IMG/VR virus record: IMGVR_UViG_3300046779_002349
Coordinates: 64,001 to 128,000 of that record
Reading direction: 5' to 3' (one strand)
Length of the DNA stretch: 64,000 nucleotides
Source of the DNA: a virus
Within the stretch, counting starts at the first letter, position 1. Each line of letters opens with the position of its first letter. Below the pieces are notes generated by a model. It was not told the DNA's origin and searched no databases. It saw only the letters and a list, made by a program, of their open reading frames with translations. Below, one piece after another: positions 38,066 through 46,655 of the stretch. Made by a program: the position numbers and the translations under genes.

Positions 38066-38340
38066 ATAGTTAATTGAACTTTTGTGTGATTAACTTTCTT
38101 TGGTCTTTTATCTATGATATCGCCAAATGAATCTTTATAGTAAATTAACTTTCCTTTTTCGTCATGTTCTCTTTCACTCCAGTAACCAGTTGAATCTTCA
38201 CAATAAGTTACATTGCTGTTGGCGTCATATTCGCTTTTGACCCAGGAACCACTTGGATTTTCTAAGTAAATAATTCTTCCTTTTTGATCTCGAATAATAT
38301 AAGGAAATTCTGTTATATTATTTTGTTGCGCTAGTGTCAT
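38062..38340 (-). CDS. MTLAQQ-family repeat protein
   Basis: Constant ends and 21-aa units. Confidence 0.8.
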   Translation of the reverse strand: MTLAQQNNITEFPYIIRDQKGRIIYLENPSGSWVKSEYDANSNVTYCEDSTGYWSEREHDEKGKLIYYKDSFGDIIDKRPKKVNHTKVQLTI

Positions 38341-38615
38341 ATAGTTATTTTAACTTGTAAATGATTAACTTTCTTTGGTCTTTTGTCTACGATGGTCCCA
38401 TCGTAATCTTCGTAGTAGATTAAGGTTCCTCGTGCATCATATTCTGCTTTGCGCCAAAAACCAGTTGACTCTTCGTAGTATGTTTTCTTACCATTAGAAT
38501 CATATTCTGATTTGAACCAGGAACCACTTGAATCTTCGTAGTAAATACTTCTTCCTTTTTGATCTCGAATAATATAAGGAAATTCTGTAATTCCGTTTTG
38601 CTGGGCTAGTGTCAT
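38337..38615 (-). CDS. MTLAQQ-family repeat protein
   Basis: Constant ends and 21-aa units. Confidence 0.8.
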   Translation of the reverse strand: MTLAQQNGITEFPYIIRDQKGRSIYYEDSSGSWFKSEYDSNGKKTYYEESTGFWRKAEYDARGTLIYYEDYDGTIVDKRPKKVNHLQVKITI

Positions 38616-38827
38616 ATAGTTATTTTAACTTTTGTGCGATTAACTTTCTTTGGTCTTTTATCTATGAGGGTCCCATTTGAATTTTCGTAGTAGATTGCCT
38701 TGCCAGTAGCATTGTATTCTGCTTTGCTCCAGAAACCATATGCATTTTCGTAGTAGGTTTCCTTACCTCTTTCATCCTTAATAATATAAGGAAACTCTGT
38801 AATTCCATTTTGTTGAGCTAGTGTCAT
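38612..38827 (-). CDS. MTLAQQ-family repeat protein (short)
   Basis: Start reassigned to MTLAQQ by paralogy. Confidence 0.8.
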   Translation of the reverse strand: MTLAQQNGITEFPYIIKDERGKETYYENAYGFWSKAEYNATGKAIYYENSNGTLIDKRPKKVNRTKVKITI

Positions 38828-38831
38828 ATGT

Positions 38832-39068
38832 TTAACAGTAAACTTCAACAATAGTGTATTGCTTATTAGTCGTGAGGAGTAATTCTTTAATTGTGTTCAA
38901 AGCTTCGTCTTTAGAATACATTAACGTTCCGGCTGGCCCATCTGGAACAACTAACGTTCCTGCTGGCGCAGCTGGAACGTCGAAAATATCTACCCCTCCA
39001 TGCCAGCGGTAATGAATTTCCATAATTTTATAATATATGTGAATGTTGTCGCTTAGTTTTTTGCTCAT
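38832..39068 (-). CDS. hypothetical protein
   Basis: Co-oriented; internal PAGTL duplication. Confidence 0.5.
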   Translation of the reverse strand: MSKKLSDNIHIYYKIMEIHYRWHGGVDIFDVPAAPAGTLVVPDGPAGTLMYSKDEALNTIKELLLTTNKQYTIVEVYC

Positions 39069-39451
39069 AAAGTAATTGTTGTTTTTGTGATGCTTAAGTG
39101 TTTAGAATCTCTTATATGTAGAAAGAAATATTCATCTATCTGATGTGTGCTTATATCTTCGAATGTTGATGGAATATTAATCATACACCCATTTAGCGTA
39201 AGCTCTTTATTGCCAACCAGTGATGTATTTTCCAAGTCTTCACGCATTAGATAAACGTAGAACAATAAGTTTTTGTATTGGTATATTTTACAGCCGCCTA
39301 ATTTATAGGCAAAAGATTTTAATTTTTTTTTATGCTGAGGTAAAACAGCTACAGCTATTTTGTCTGTTACTGTTATCCAATAACTTAATGTTTTGTCATT
39401 TACTGCCTCTGCGGCAATATTAATTATTTTCTGCCTTAATGTGTCACTCAT
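39065..39451 (-). CDS. TLR.KIINI family paralog 1
   Basis: Shared TLRxKIINI start and KTTITL end. Confidence 0.65.
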   Translation of the reverse strand: MSDTLRQKIINIAAEAVNDKTLSYWITVTDKIAVAVLPQHKKKLKSFAYKLGGCKIYQYKNLLFYVYLMREDLENTSLVGNKELTLNGCMINIPSTFEDISTHQIDEYFFLHIRDSKHLSITKTTITL

Positions 39452-39822
39452 AATGTAATTGTTGTTTTCTGTAGATTTACAGTTTTTGCGTCTCCTAGTT
39501 TTATAAATCTGTAAAATCCAATTCTGTGGGTTTCCAGATGGTTAAACCTATAAGGGATGGCGACTAGTAATCCTCTAGGGTCTGCTATCGTAGGTTCATC
39601 CAATATATGCCCCACGAGAGTAGTATAGACAAATTGATCTGAGCTTTCGTAGGCTGGACTGTTTATTGCCTTAGAAAACCGGATTAATAAATCTGTATCT
39701 TTTGGAAAAGCAACTAAAGCAATGTCAACCTTATTGCCTATAAACTTTATCAGATCTGGGTCTGGGCTTACTTCTTTTAAAATATTGATTACTTTTTCTC
39801 TTAGAGTTATTAATGCGTTCAT
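39448..39822 (-). CDS. TLR.KIINI family paralog 2
   Basis: Shared A.PRG.L, TH.I and KLGD.K.VNLQK.TITL. Confidence 0.65.
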   Translation of the reverse strand: MNALITLREKVINILKEVSPDPDLIKFIGNKVDIALVAFPKDTDLLIRFSKAINSPAYESSDQFVYTTLVGHILDEPTIADPRGLLVAIPYRFNHLETHRIGFYRFIKLGDAKTVNLQKTTITL

Positions 39823-40193
39823 AAAGTAATTGTTATTTTCTGTAGATTTACAGGTTTAAAGTCTCCGAGTTTTACAAAATAGTACCCATTTATTTCGTGG
39901 GTGTGTGCTATCCAATGCGGAGTATTTAAAAGAAACCCACGAGGGTTTGCTGTTGTTTCCTTATCCCGCAATGCTTTTGAAAGAGTAACGTAGGGAAAAT
40001 TGGTTTTTGTCGCTCCTACTATATTTAAGCTTATTGCAAAATCAATTAATTTATCTTTGTCTGCAAGAAAAGCAGCCAACGCAAGGTTTGCACTTGTGTT
40101 AATAACATAATCCTCTAGAGCTTCGTCTGGGTTTACCTCTCTTATGATATTAAGTATTTTTTCTCCTAGAGTTCGTGGTTTGTACGTGTCCAT
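39819..40193 (-). CDS. TLR.KIINI family paralog 3
   Basis: Shared A.PRG.L, TH.I and KLGD.K.VNLQK.TITL. Confidence 0.65.
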   Translation of the reverse strand: MDTYKPRTLGEKILNIIREVNPDEALEDYVINTSANLALAAFLADKDKLIDFAISLNIVGATKTNFPYVTLSKALRDKETTANPRGFLLNTPHWIAHTHEINGYYFVKLGDFKPVNLQKITITL

Positions 40194-41822
40194 AGTTTAT
40201 TCGGTTCGATAAATTTTGTAATGGCTCTGTCCTGTAGATGTATTATAGGTAGAACATCTACCGATCTGCGTATTGGCATATAAACATGATCTACCAATGT
40301 TACTACTCTGTATTTGATTAATATGTTGTCCAGAAATGCGTCTTCTAAATTCGACAGCTTTTTTAAGCAGGAAATAGATATAGTGTTTCTAATTCCCCTA
40401 GAGATTGACTCAGTGTACTTTGCGATGGGGCAACAATTGATTGTTGGCATAAATGTAATTTTCTAATAGTGTTTCTACTTCGGATAGTGATTGACTAAGT
40501 GCGATTTGTGATGGGGCAATAATTGGTTCGAATAGCATATTACTCCAAAGGATCTCTGACAGTCTGAGTTGCAACCCTCGTGAAATATGTGTTCTCATTA
40601 GCTCCATGTGCTCGATGTGTATTCCTAATTGCATGTTATATATAATTTTAGTTGAATACTTTTGTGCAGGAATGATGTTCCACTAAATCCTCTAAATGAG
40701 AGAGAGTAGTGTCCAACCGGACTAATGATGTACTCATTATACCTTTGTATGTGCGTAGTGCTATAGTTTCGTGTAATGGGTCCTTCAAGTTTGCAACTAG
40801 TGTATTGTTTATAAAACTAGTTATGCGTATCCCCATTGGTGTGTCTGGGTAATTTATAAATATTGAGTTCATTGTCTATGTAGTCTTCTAAAATACCACT
40901 ACACTCCCGTAAAGAAGTACCTACTCTACCGAACTTATCGTCTATATTGTGGGCTTGTTCTAAACTAATCTTGCCGTAAGAACGGAACGTTAACTCCATG
41001 CTCAATTCGTTCATGATGGAACTAATGATATTTTTCTTGTGCAGAGTAGAAACATCATTAACTCTCCTGCGAATTCCTTTCTGTAATTTTTTCATTTATG
41101 TTGTGTAGCTCAAGTTCGTAACGGAAAACGAATAAGGAGTTGAATATTTTGTCCTGTAAGTTTCGCCTAAGTTGAATAAACAACTCGTAATCCCATTCGT
41201 CATCCACATTCAACGCAGAGTAAACAGAATTTCTTATAGCGGAAATATTAGGCGCTTGTGCTACTACATTATCTATGTATTTATGGCTCATCTCTTTGTG
41301 AAGTATGGTAAAGAATTTCTTCATTTATGGTTGGTAGGTCCCCGTCGCGAAAGAAAATAAACATGGTTATTTTGCACAGGCTAAGAGATCTACTCAACAT
41401 AGTGCCAGGCCTACGTGCGATTTCGGTTGATTCTTTTGTATATTTATTTTTTTTTACTATTTCTTCATCGCATAATGTGTTCAGCACAGTTAGGCGGGTA
41501 TTAAGAAGGAACATATCCACCGAAACTGTAAGTTTGTAATTTTTGTTACTCAATTGTGTAACAGGTATATCTTTCTGACTCATCTCTTTGTGAAGTATGG
41601 TGTAAAGAATAGACTGTCTGCTAACGTGTCTAGTACCCAATCTAATGATGTTCTCAAATCTGTTTTTAACTCAAACATTAACTGCTCTGCTCGAAGTGTA
41701 TCTCTATGTTTATAGTGAAATAAGAAATTTGTTTCTTGTGCAATAGGGGAAACTATTTTTACGCTCATCTTTACTGCGTATCTCCCTAAGTAGTCTGATA
41801 TATTATCTACTGGGTTACTCAT
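40166..41822 (-). other. run of seven 74-100 aa hypothetical genes (40166..40450, 40410..40634, 40648..40872, 40817..41095, 41058..41291, 41281..41583, 41580..41822)
   Basis: Densely packed minus-strand ORFs; repeated junction CCATACTTCACAAAGAGATGAG at about 41287 and 41579 defines two of the starts. Confidence 0.55.
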
Positions 41823-41995
41823 TTATTTATTTCGTTAATAACTCTTCTTTCTGATTGCCGTATGTGAAAATCAATTATGCGTATAGAAAATTCCAACTTC
41901 TCCATTGCAAAAAATATATAAAAACCAATGTTTGGTTTTTGCTGTCTTATCTCTTTTCCTATTTGTTCGATTGTTTTAGGTATTATAATGGGCAT
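41819..41995 (-). pseudogene. internally deleted, frameshifted copy of the KTIEQI gene
   Basis: KTIEQIGKEI start and DFHIRQSERRVINEIN end are present but in different frames. Confidence 0.7.
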
Positions 41996-42225
41996 TGGTT
42001 TATTTCGTTAATAACTCTTCTTTCTGATTGTCGTATGTGAAAATCAAATATACTTAGCGATAAAGTTAACTGAAGTGTTGCTAGAGATAACCTAATATCA
42101 ATATATGGTCCTTCTGAGATAAATCGCCATCTCATATCTTCTATTTTTTTATTATACGTATCATGATGCAACTGTTCTATCTCTTTTCCTATTTGTTCGA
42201 TTGTTTTAGGTATCATAATGGGCAT
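41983..42225 (-). CDS. KTIEQI family paralog
   Basis: Shares KTIEQI..QLH.DTY.NK and ERRVINEINQCPL with its neighbour. Confidence 0.65.
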   Translation of the reverse strand: MPIMIPKTIEQIGKEIEQLHHDTYNKKIEDMRWRFISEGPYIDIRLSLATLQLTLSLSIFDFHIRQSERRVINEINQCPL

Positions 42226-42443
42226 TGATTTATTTCGTTAATAACTCTCCTTTCTAGCTTGCGGACATAGAAATCGGCTATGTTTAAGGAAGTATTTAAC
42301 TTTCGCGTTAGCATCCACAAACGACGATCAATTACGCTTGTTTCTGCTGTAAACTCCCACTCTAAACAGTCTAATTTGTTGTAATAAGTATCATAATGAA
42401 GTTGGCGAGTTTCTATTGATATTTGTTCGATTGTTTTAGTCAT
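42213..42443 (-). CDS. KTIEQI family paralog
   Basis: Shares KTIEQI..QLH.DTY.NK and ERRVINEINQCPL with its neighbour. Confidence 0.65.
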   Translation of the reverse strand: MTKTIEQISIETRQLHYDTYYNKLDCLEWEFTAETSVIDRRLWMLTRKLNTSLNIADFYVRKLERRVINEINQCPL

Positions 42444-42666
42444 AATCTGATAAAACTAAATTTAAGTTCTCCATCACATCATAGCAGGTCTGCTCTAATG
42501 TCAAAACTATTGCATCCGTCGTTTCTACGCATCGAGATCGAGGAAAATTACCTACGACAAAGGGTACGGAAGTACCAGTCTGTAGGGTTCGTGCTTGATG
42601 AAAAATACTACCCCTTAAGTCTCTCGCAATAGTTGACACTTCGTTATTTAATGCGTAAACCGCCAT
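42436..42666 (-). CDS. hypothetical small protein
   Basis: Packed co-oriented ORF. Confidence 0.5.
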   Translation of the reverse strand: MAVYALNNEVSTIARDLRGSIFHQARTLQTGTSVPFVVGNFPRSRCVETTDAIVLTLEQTCYDVMENLNLVLSDYD

Positions 42667-42706
42667 GACTAATACATACTGAGGTGTATATTACTTGTTT
42701 ATGTTG

Positions 42707-42943
42707 TCAGTGCTCATCTTCTTTTCCTGGAAAGTCTATTTCATATAATAGATCATCAATGTGTTCTGATGTCTCTAGTGTGTGAACTGTTAGCCTCCAG
42801 TAAGCGGTCCAAGATAACCCTCTAGTTTTGGTGTGTATAGTTTTACTTACACGGCTATATATTGGGTTTATCAGGATTCGTTTTATCTTCATGTCTATAA
42901 TATCTATACTCCTAGGTAGCGTGAATCTAGTGCTATATGTCAT
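42707..42943 (-). CDS. hypothetical small protein
   Basis: Packed co-oriented ORF. Confidence 0.5.
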   Translation of the reverse strand: MTYSTRFTLPRSIDIIDMKIKRILINPIYSRVSKTIHTKTRGLSWTAYWRLTVHTLETSEHIDDLLYEIDFPGKEDEH

Positions 42944-43145
42944 TGATTATTTTTCTGAATTGTTTTTCTATGATTCTATAGACACCAGATTCAATACTCC
43001 TCACTAAAGGGTCGGCTACTATATTTTTAACTTGTAAAAATAATTTCACTTTTTCTGAGATTGCTATGTCGGCTAAATCGCAGCAGAAATCGGCGAGGGG
43101 CTTTTCTACATCATATAGCGCCAGTGCTATAGTTTGTTTATTCAT
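42933..43145 (-). CDS. NKQTI family paralog
   Basis: Shares NKQTI, PL.DFCC.L.DI and SGVYRIIEKQFRKIINDI with 43540..43785. Confidence 0.65.
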   Translation of the reverse strand: MNKQTIALALYDVEKPLADFCCDLADIAISEKVKLFLQVKNIVADPLVRSIESGVYRIIEKQFRKIINDI

Positions 43146-43616
43146 GTGTAATCCATTGATCTATTAATAATTCTTCGTGGATAGATTTATCGCGTTTGAT
43201 CTTTTGAGTACGTCCGCAGCATCAGCAGAAGAAAATGCCCACTTGATAATCTCTTCCGGAGTTATTAGCCCATCTCGAAGATCTTGGATCCACATGTCTT
43301 TTGTAAGTCCTTTAATGGCTCTACCTATCACAAGCTTCTCCACGATTAGTGGATGCCTGGTGGGGAGGTCTTTTCCTTGAGATTCGTTAGCAACAAGCCA
43401 CTCTAGAGCTGAGCATCCATTAACACAAAGCTCTTTTCTTTCGGCTGGAAGGGGTCTAACTTCTCTCCTACCAAGTTCGAGTAAACACTTAAACAAAGGC
43501 AATGCTTTGCGCTTTGATTTTGTGCTTATTTTAAAATCATTAATTTGTTTTCCTGCACTCGATGTCATTGATTATTTTTCTGAATTGTTTTTCTATGATT
43601 CTATAGACACCAGATT
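42937..43616. repeat. 55-bp exact direct repeat (42937..42991 and 43562..43616)
   Basis: atgtcattgattatttttctgaattgtttttctatgattctatagacaccagatt occurs twice. Confidence 0.9.
43164..43568 (-). CDS. hypothetical protein located between duplicated segments
   Basis: 134-aa ORF whose start lies within the 55-bp repeat. Confidence 0.55.
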   Translation of the reverse strand: MTSSAGKQINDFKISTKSKRKALPLFKCLLELGRREVRPLPAERKELCVNGCSALEWLVANESQGKDLPTRHPLIVEKLVIGRAIKGLTKDMWIQDLRDGLITPEEIIKWAFSSADAADVLKRSNAINLSTKNY

Positions 43617-43785
43617 GAATACTCACCACTAAAGGTCTAACTAATATAGATCTAATTTGTTCATATGCGTTAAAGTTTTCTTCGATTACTATATCTGTTA
43701 ACTCACAACAGAAATCACTTAAAGGAAATTCTGCCTTGTTTAAACTGCATTCTATAGTTTGTTTATTATTATGTAATACATTCAT
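43540..43785 (-). CDS. NKQTI family paralog
   Basis: Paralog of 42933..43145. Confidence 0.65.
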   Translation of the reverse strand: MNVLHNNKQTIECSLNKAEFPLSDFCCELTDIVIEENFNAYEQIRSILVRPLVVSIQSGVYRIIEKQFRKIINDIECRKTN

Positions 43786-44029
43786 CTAGTAATAGTTCTT
43801 CGTGGATGTCGAGTGCTTTGTCCAGAAATATGGACTCAATTCGTAATAAGCTTTTTGTAGTCGGTAATTTAATTTTAAAAAATACATCAGAAATCTGTGG
43901 ATTTTTTCTGTTGTAATGCCTGATATATGAGATCAAAATGTTTTGGGCGTTTCCTACATTTTTTACGCTCTGGTCGATTACTCCGCCAAACAAATCGTCA
44001 TAGGCTAATGGGTATATTGTTTGTTGCAT
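43769..44029 (-). CDS. hypothetical small protein
   Basis: Packed co-oriented ORF. Confidence 0.5.
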   Translation of the reverse strand: MQQTIYPLAYDDLFGGVIDQSVKNVGNAQNILISYIRHYNRKNPQISDVFFKIKLPTTKSLLRIESIFLDKALDIHEELLLDECIT

Positions 44030-44277
44030 TATTTGTTGTATTTGTATTTGTTAAAATCTATAGCTTCCGTAATAGCATCGGTAATATGCCTTTGAGTTAC
44101 GTCCGCTCTTAACTCTATTTCGTTATAACAAAAAGTATCTAGCTCTCCGTGGATATGGGATCCTATAGCGTGTAACAAATCGTATTGCATTAGCCCATAC
44201 ACCGGATTATGAAACCAAGTTATATGTGCGGCTAACTCGCGTTCTTCTTCAAGGTTTTTAATATTATGGTTGATCAT
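44029..44277 (-). CDS. MIxNN family paralog
   Basis: Close copy of 44264..44518 (ELAAH.TWFH..VYGL..YDL). Confidence 0.65.
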   Translation of the reverse strand: MINHNIKNLEEERELAAHITWFHNPVYGLMQYDLLHAIGSHIHGELDTFCYNEIELRADVTQRHITDAITEAIDFNKYKYNK

Positions 44278-44518
44278 CGTTGTATTTGTTAAAAGCTAAG
44301 GCTTTCTCTATAGTGTCATTAACACTGCTCTGAGTTATGTCGGCCCGTAGCTCTAGTTCATTTAAACAAAAAGTAGCTAGCTCTCCTTGGATATGAGGCT
44401 GCATACAACTAAACAAATCGTATTCTTGTAGCCCATACACTTGCCCATGAAACCAAGTTACATGGGCGGCTAACTCGCTGTCTTCTTCATAGTTTTTAAT
44501 ATTATGGTTGATCATCAT
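44264..44518 (-). CDS. MIxNN family paralog
   Basis: Start reassigned to MMINHN by paralogy. Confidence 0.65.
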   Translation of the reverse strand: MMINHNIKNYEEDSELAAHVTWFHGQVYGLQEYDLFSCMQPHIQGELATFCLNELELRADITQSSVNDTIEKALAFNKYNDDQP

Positions 44519-44762
44519 GTACGAAGTTGGTGAATTCACAGTACTGGTTGACACACTGTACTATCTGATTGTGCGTAGTAGTAGCCCTAAATTGGAATCG
44601 GTTAAACATAAAATTTGATGTGTGATAACCATAGCTAGCATTAACAAAGTCATCTAGGTCTATTAAAAAAACATAAAAATTCCAAAAAAAACAACAAGGT
44701 GTTTTTTCAAACATATCTTCATCTTCAGTATATGTAATATTGTTATTGTCTATCCTTATCAT
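44502..44762 (-). CDS. MIxNN family paralog
   Basis: IDNNNI start; shared DDQP* end. Confidence 0.6.
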   Translation of the reverse strand: MIRIDNNNITYTEDEDMFEKTPCCFFWNFYVFLIDLDDFVNASYGYHTSNFMFNRFQFRATTTHNQIVQCVNQYCEFTNFVHDDQP

Positions 44763-44991
44763 TTCCTAGTTTAAAGTTATTTGTTAACATAGTGTAAACA
44801 CAATCCACCGAAACAATTGCAGGGTAGTAAATTGTATCTGTTGGGCGCATTACGCACGATATTACGATGGACTGCACATGGAAATGTAAAGTCTCATCTA
44901 AATTATCAATTACCGTAAAAAAAGCAGGAACTTTTTTAGCTAAAGCAAAATCATCTAGTGGTTGTAATTCGTTATTGGCTATCATTGTCAA
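44743..44991 (-). CDS. MIxNN family paralog
   Basis: MTMI.NN..D.F.LA..VP.FF and NFKLGN. Confidence 0.65.
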   Translation of the reverse strand: MTMIANNELQPLDDFALAKKVPAFFTVIDNLDETLHFHVQSIVISCVMRPTDTIYYPAIVSVDCVYTMLTNNFKLGNDKDRQ

Positions 44992-45227
44992 TTTCCTAGT
45001 TTAAAATTAGGTGTTAACATGTCTAAAATGGCTGAGCGTGTATTAGATCCGCTAAGGTGTAGTCCATAGGAATGCCAGCTTTCACGGCTGTATGCTTTAT
45101 GTGCTCGCCATATATACCGCGGCAAATCATCCTTTAAATCAGATATGGTTTTGAAGTAGTTAGGTACTGCCGCTGCCAACCTAAACTCATCTATTATCTC
45201 CATCGAGTTATTGGTTATCATGGTCAA
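44988..45227 (-). CDS. MIxNN family paralog
   Basis: MTMITNNS..DEFRLAA and NFKLGN. Confidence 0.65.
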   Translation of the reverse strand: MTMITNNSMEIIDEFRLAAAVPNYFKTISDLKDDLPRYIWRAHKAYSRESWHSYGLHLSGSNTRSAILDMLTPNFKLGN

Positions 45228-45454
45228 TTTCCTAGTGTAAGATCATTTTTTAAAATTTCTATAACTGAGGTAGGGGTTCTGCGGCATGCTATCTCTAAAT
45301 TAGATACAAAACCACGTGCACGTATATTATGCCGCTGTATGTCTATCTGAGCACATAGCGCGCTCTCATGATCCCTTATTTCCCTAAACCAACTAGGAAT
45401 CGATGCTGCCAACCTAAACTCATCTACTATTTTTATTGAGTTATTAGATATCAT
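45224..45454 (-). CDS. MIxNN family paralog
   Basis: MISNNSI..DEFRLAA.IP and LGN end. Confidence 0.65.
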   Translation of the reverse strand: MISNNSIKIVDEFRLAASIPSWFREIRDHESALCAQIDIQRHNIRARGFVSNLEIACRRTPTSVIEILKNDLTLGN

Positions 45455-45455
45455 T

Positions 45456-45686
45456 TTATTCTACAAGTTTAAAGTTTTCGTTTAGCATGTATATAATAGC
45501 GACGTGGGTTTCATCAGCTCGAGTGTCAGTTTTATCATAAACGAAAAATGTCTTAGCTCCTGACGCCTCAGTTTGTATTTGCACACTAATGGCATCAATT
45601 AGCTCAACTAGACTGTAGAAAAAACTAGGTATAGTTTTCCCTTTTACGATTTCATATGCTTCTATTGTGTTGTTGTTTACTATCAT
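45456..45686 (-). CDS. MIxNN family paralog
   Basis: MIVNNN..IPSFF..NFKL; the track start overlaps a terminator. Confidence 0.6.
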   Translation of the reverse strand: MIVNNNTIEAYEIVKGKTIPSFFYSLVELIDAISVQIQTEASGAKTFFVYDKTDTRADETHVAIIYMLNENFKLVE

Positions 45687-45705
45687 TGTTTTGAAAATTT
45701 TTGAT

Positions 45706-45740
45706 AAAAAAAATGAAGACAAAGTTAATTGTCTTCATTT
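45706..45740 (-). terminator. terminator after tRNA
   Basis: aaatgaagacaa/ttgtcttcattt hairpin plus T-tract. Confidence 0.75.
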
Positions 45741-45747
45741 GTTAAAG

Positions 45748-45830
45748 TGGTCTAGGGGGGACTCGAACCCCCATGCCTTTTGGGCAACGGATTTTAAGTC
45801 CGCAATGTCTGCCTATTCCATCACTAGACC
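45748..45830 (-). tRNA. trnL: tRNA-Leu (anticodon UAA)
   Basis: GGTCTAG/CTAGACC acceptor stem, D-arm TGGAATAGGCAGACA, anticodon arm GCGGA-CTTAAAA-TCCGT, long variable arm, GGTTCGAGTCC T-arm; full CCA not encoded. Confidence 0.95.
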
Positions 45831-45845
45831 TCAACAGGATACATT

Positions 45846-45875
45846 ATTATATAACACAACTAGCACTATTTTTGC
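45846..45875 (-). promoter_or_regulatory. phage promoter motif copy 2
   Basis: GCAAAAATAG-tgct-AGTTGTGTTATATAAT, 15 nt upstream of the tRNA. Confidence 0.75.
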
Positions 45876-46078
45876 TAATCCTCATTGTCATTTTCTTCTG
45901 CATTTTCTTCTGCTAGGGTGTGTAGTATAAGGGAACTGCACTTCTCCATGAACTCATCGTGATCGTATCTATAGTAAATTCTATAATCGTCAATCTCTGG
46001 GTCAGAAAGAATTATGACGTAATTTCTTTTTTCTTTATCCAAAGCCTCTACGAGATCTTGCGCAAAGTCTAAAGTCAT
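45875..46078 (-). CDS. small acidic protein
   Basis: Co-oriented ORF. Confidence 0.5.
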   Translation of the reverse strand: MTLDFAQDLVEALDKEKRNYVIILSDPEIDDYRIYYRYDHDEFMEKCSSLILHTLAEENAEENDNED

Positions 46079-46085
46079 ATTATGT

Positions 46086-46613
46086 TTATTTTATGTGTTT
46101 AAAAAGAATATTTGCGGAAGCATACGCATCTGCCCCTGGATGATGATAAGGAAGTTCTGATTCATTTCTAGGTACAGGAATCAATGGATCTTCTCCTGCG
46201 CTAAACATAATAGAGGAAATGTCCAATAATGGATATGGTCCTTCCCAATGTCTACTTGGGTCGTCGGCAATACAAGCAGATAAAAAATTGCTTTCTACTG
46301 GCCACGGAGTCTCAGCCGCGACCATCAAATTATCATATTCTTTTTTGGCTTGTGTGTAGTATTTCCAAAATGCATTTCGAATATCCTTAGGTGTGTTATA
46401 CAGAGCAGGCATTAAAGGTACATTATCGTTTACCCAAGCTCTGTCTTCCGGAGTAGCGTACAGCCCTTCTATTGGACACACAAAAAGAAATGTATCTAAC
46501 CGTTCTCTTTTGCGATTAAAAACAGCGCCACCTACTGCAAATCCTTCTCCGTGTAATCCCATAGACTCTACGTCGAAAACCAAGTAATGCTTTGTTTGAT
46601 CTTTATTAGCCAT
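46086..46613 (-). CDS. DEDDh-type 3'-5' exonuclease
   Basis: VFDVESMG (ExoI), W...NV.P, LDISS and HHPGADA (ExoIII). Confidence 0.75.
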   Translation of the reverse strand: MANKDQTKHYLVFDVESMGLHGEGFAVGGAVFNRKRERLDTFLFVCPIEGLYATPEDRAWVNDNVPLMPALYNTPKDIRNAFWKYYTQAKKEYDNLMVAAETPWPVESNFLSACIADDPSRHWEGPYPLLDISSIMFSAGEDPLIPVPRNESELPYHHPGADAYASANILFKHIK

Positions 46614-46655
46614 GGGATTAATGTATTGAGTATTTACTAATTTGCAACTATTTTT

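Larger units (their letters stand above)
37300..38827 (-). repeat. tandem array of six paralogous genes
   Basis: Mostly 275-bp periodicity; near-identical junctions spanning KRPKKVNH..ATATGAC..CTAGC. Confidence 0.9.

Noticed and set aside
37300-38827. CRISPR array or DGR template/variable repeats
   Set aside because: The repeats are whole in-frame genes of 212-275 bp, the differences do not look adenine-specific, and no cas or reverse transcriptase gene is visible in the window.
40166-45686. Stop-codon reassignment as the cause of the many short ORFs
   Set aside because: Long genes read intact in code 11; the short ORFs have paralogous starts and ends and change frame; no suppressor tRNA was seen.
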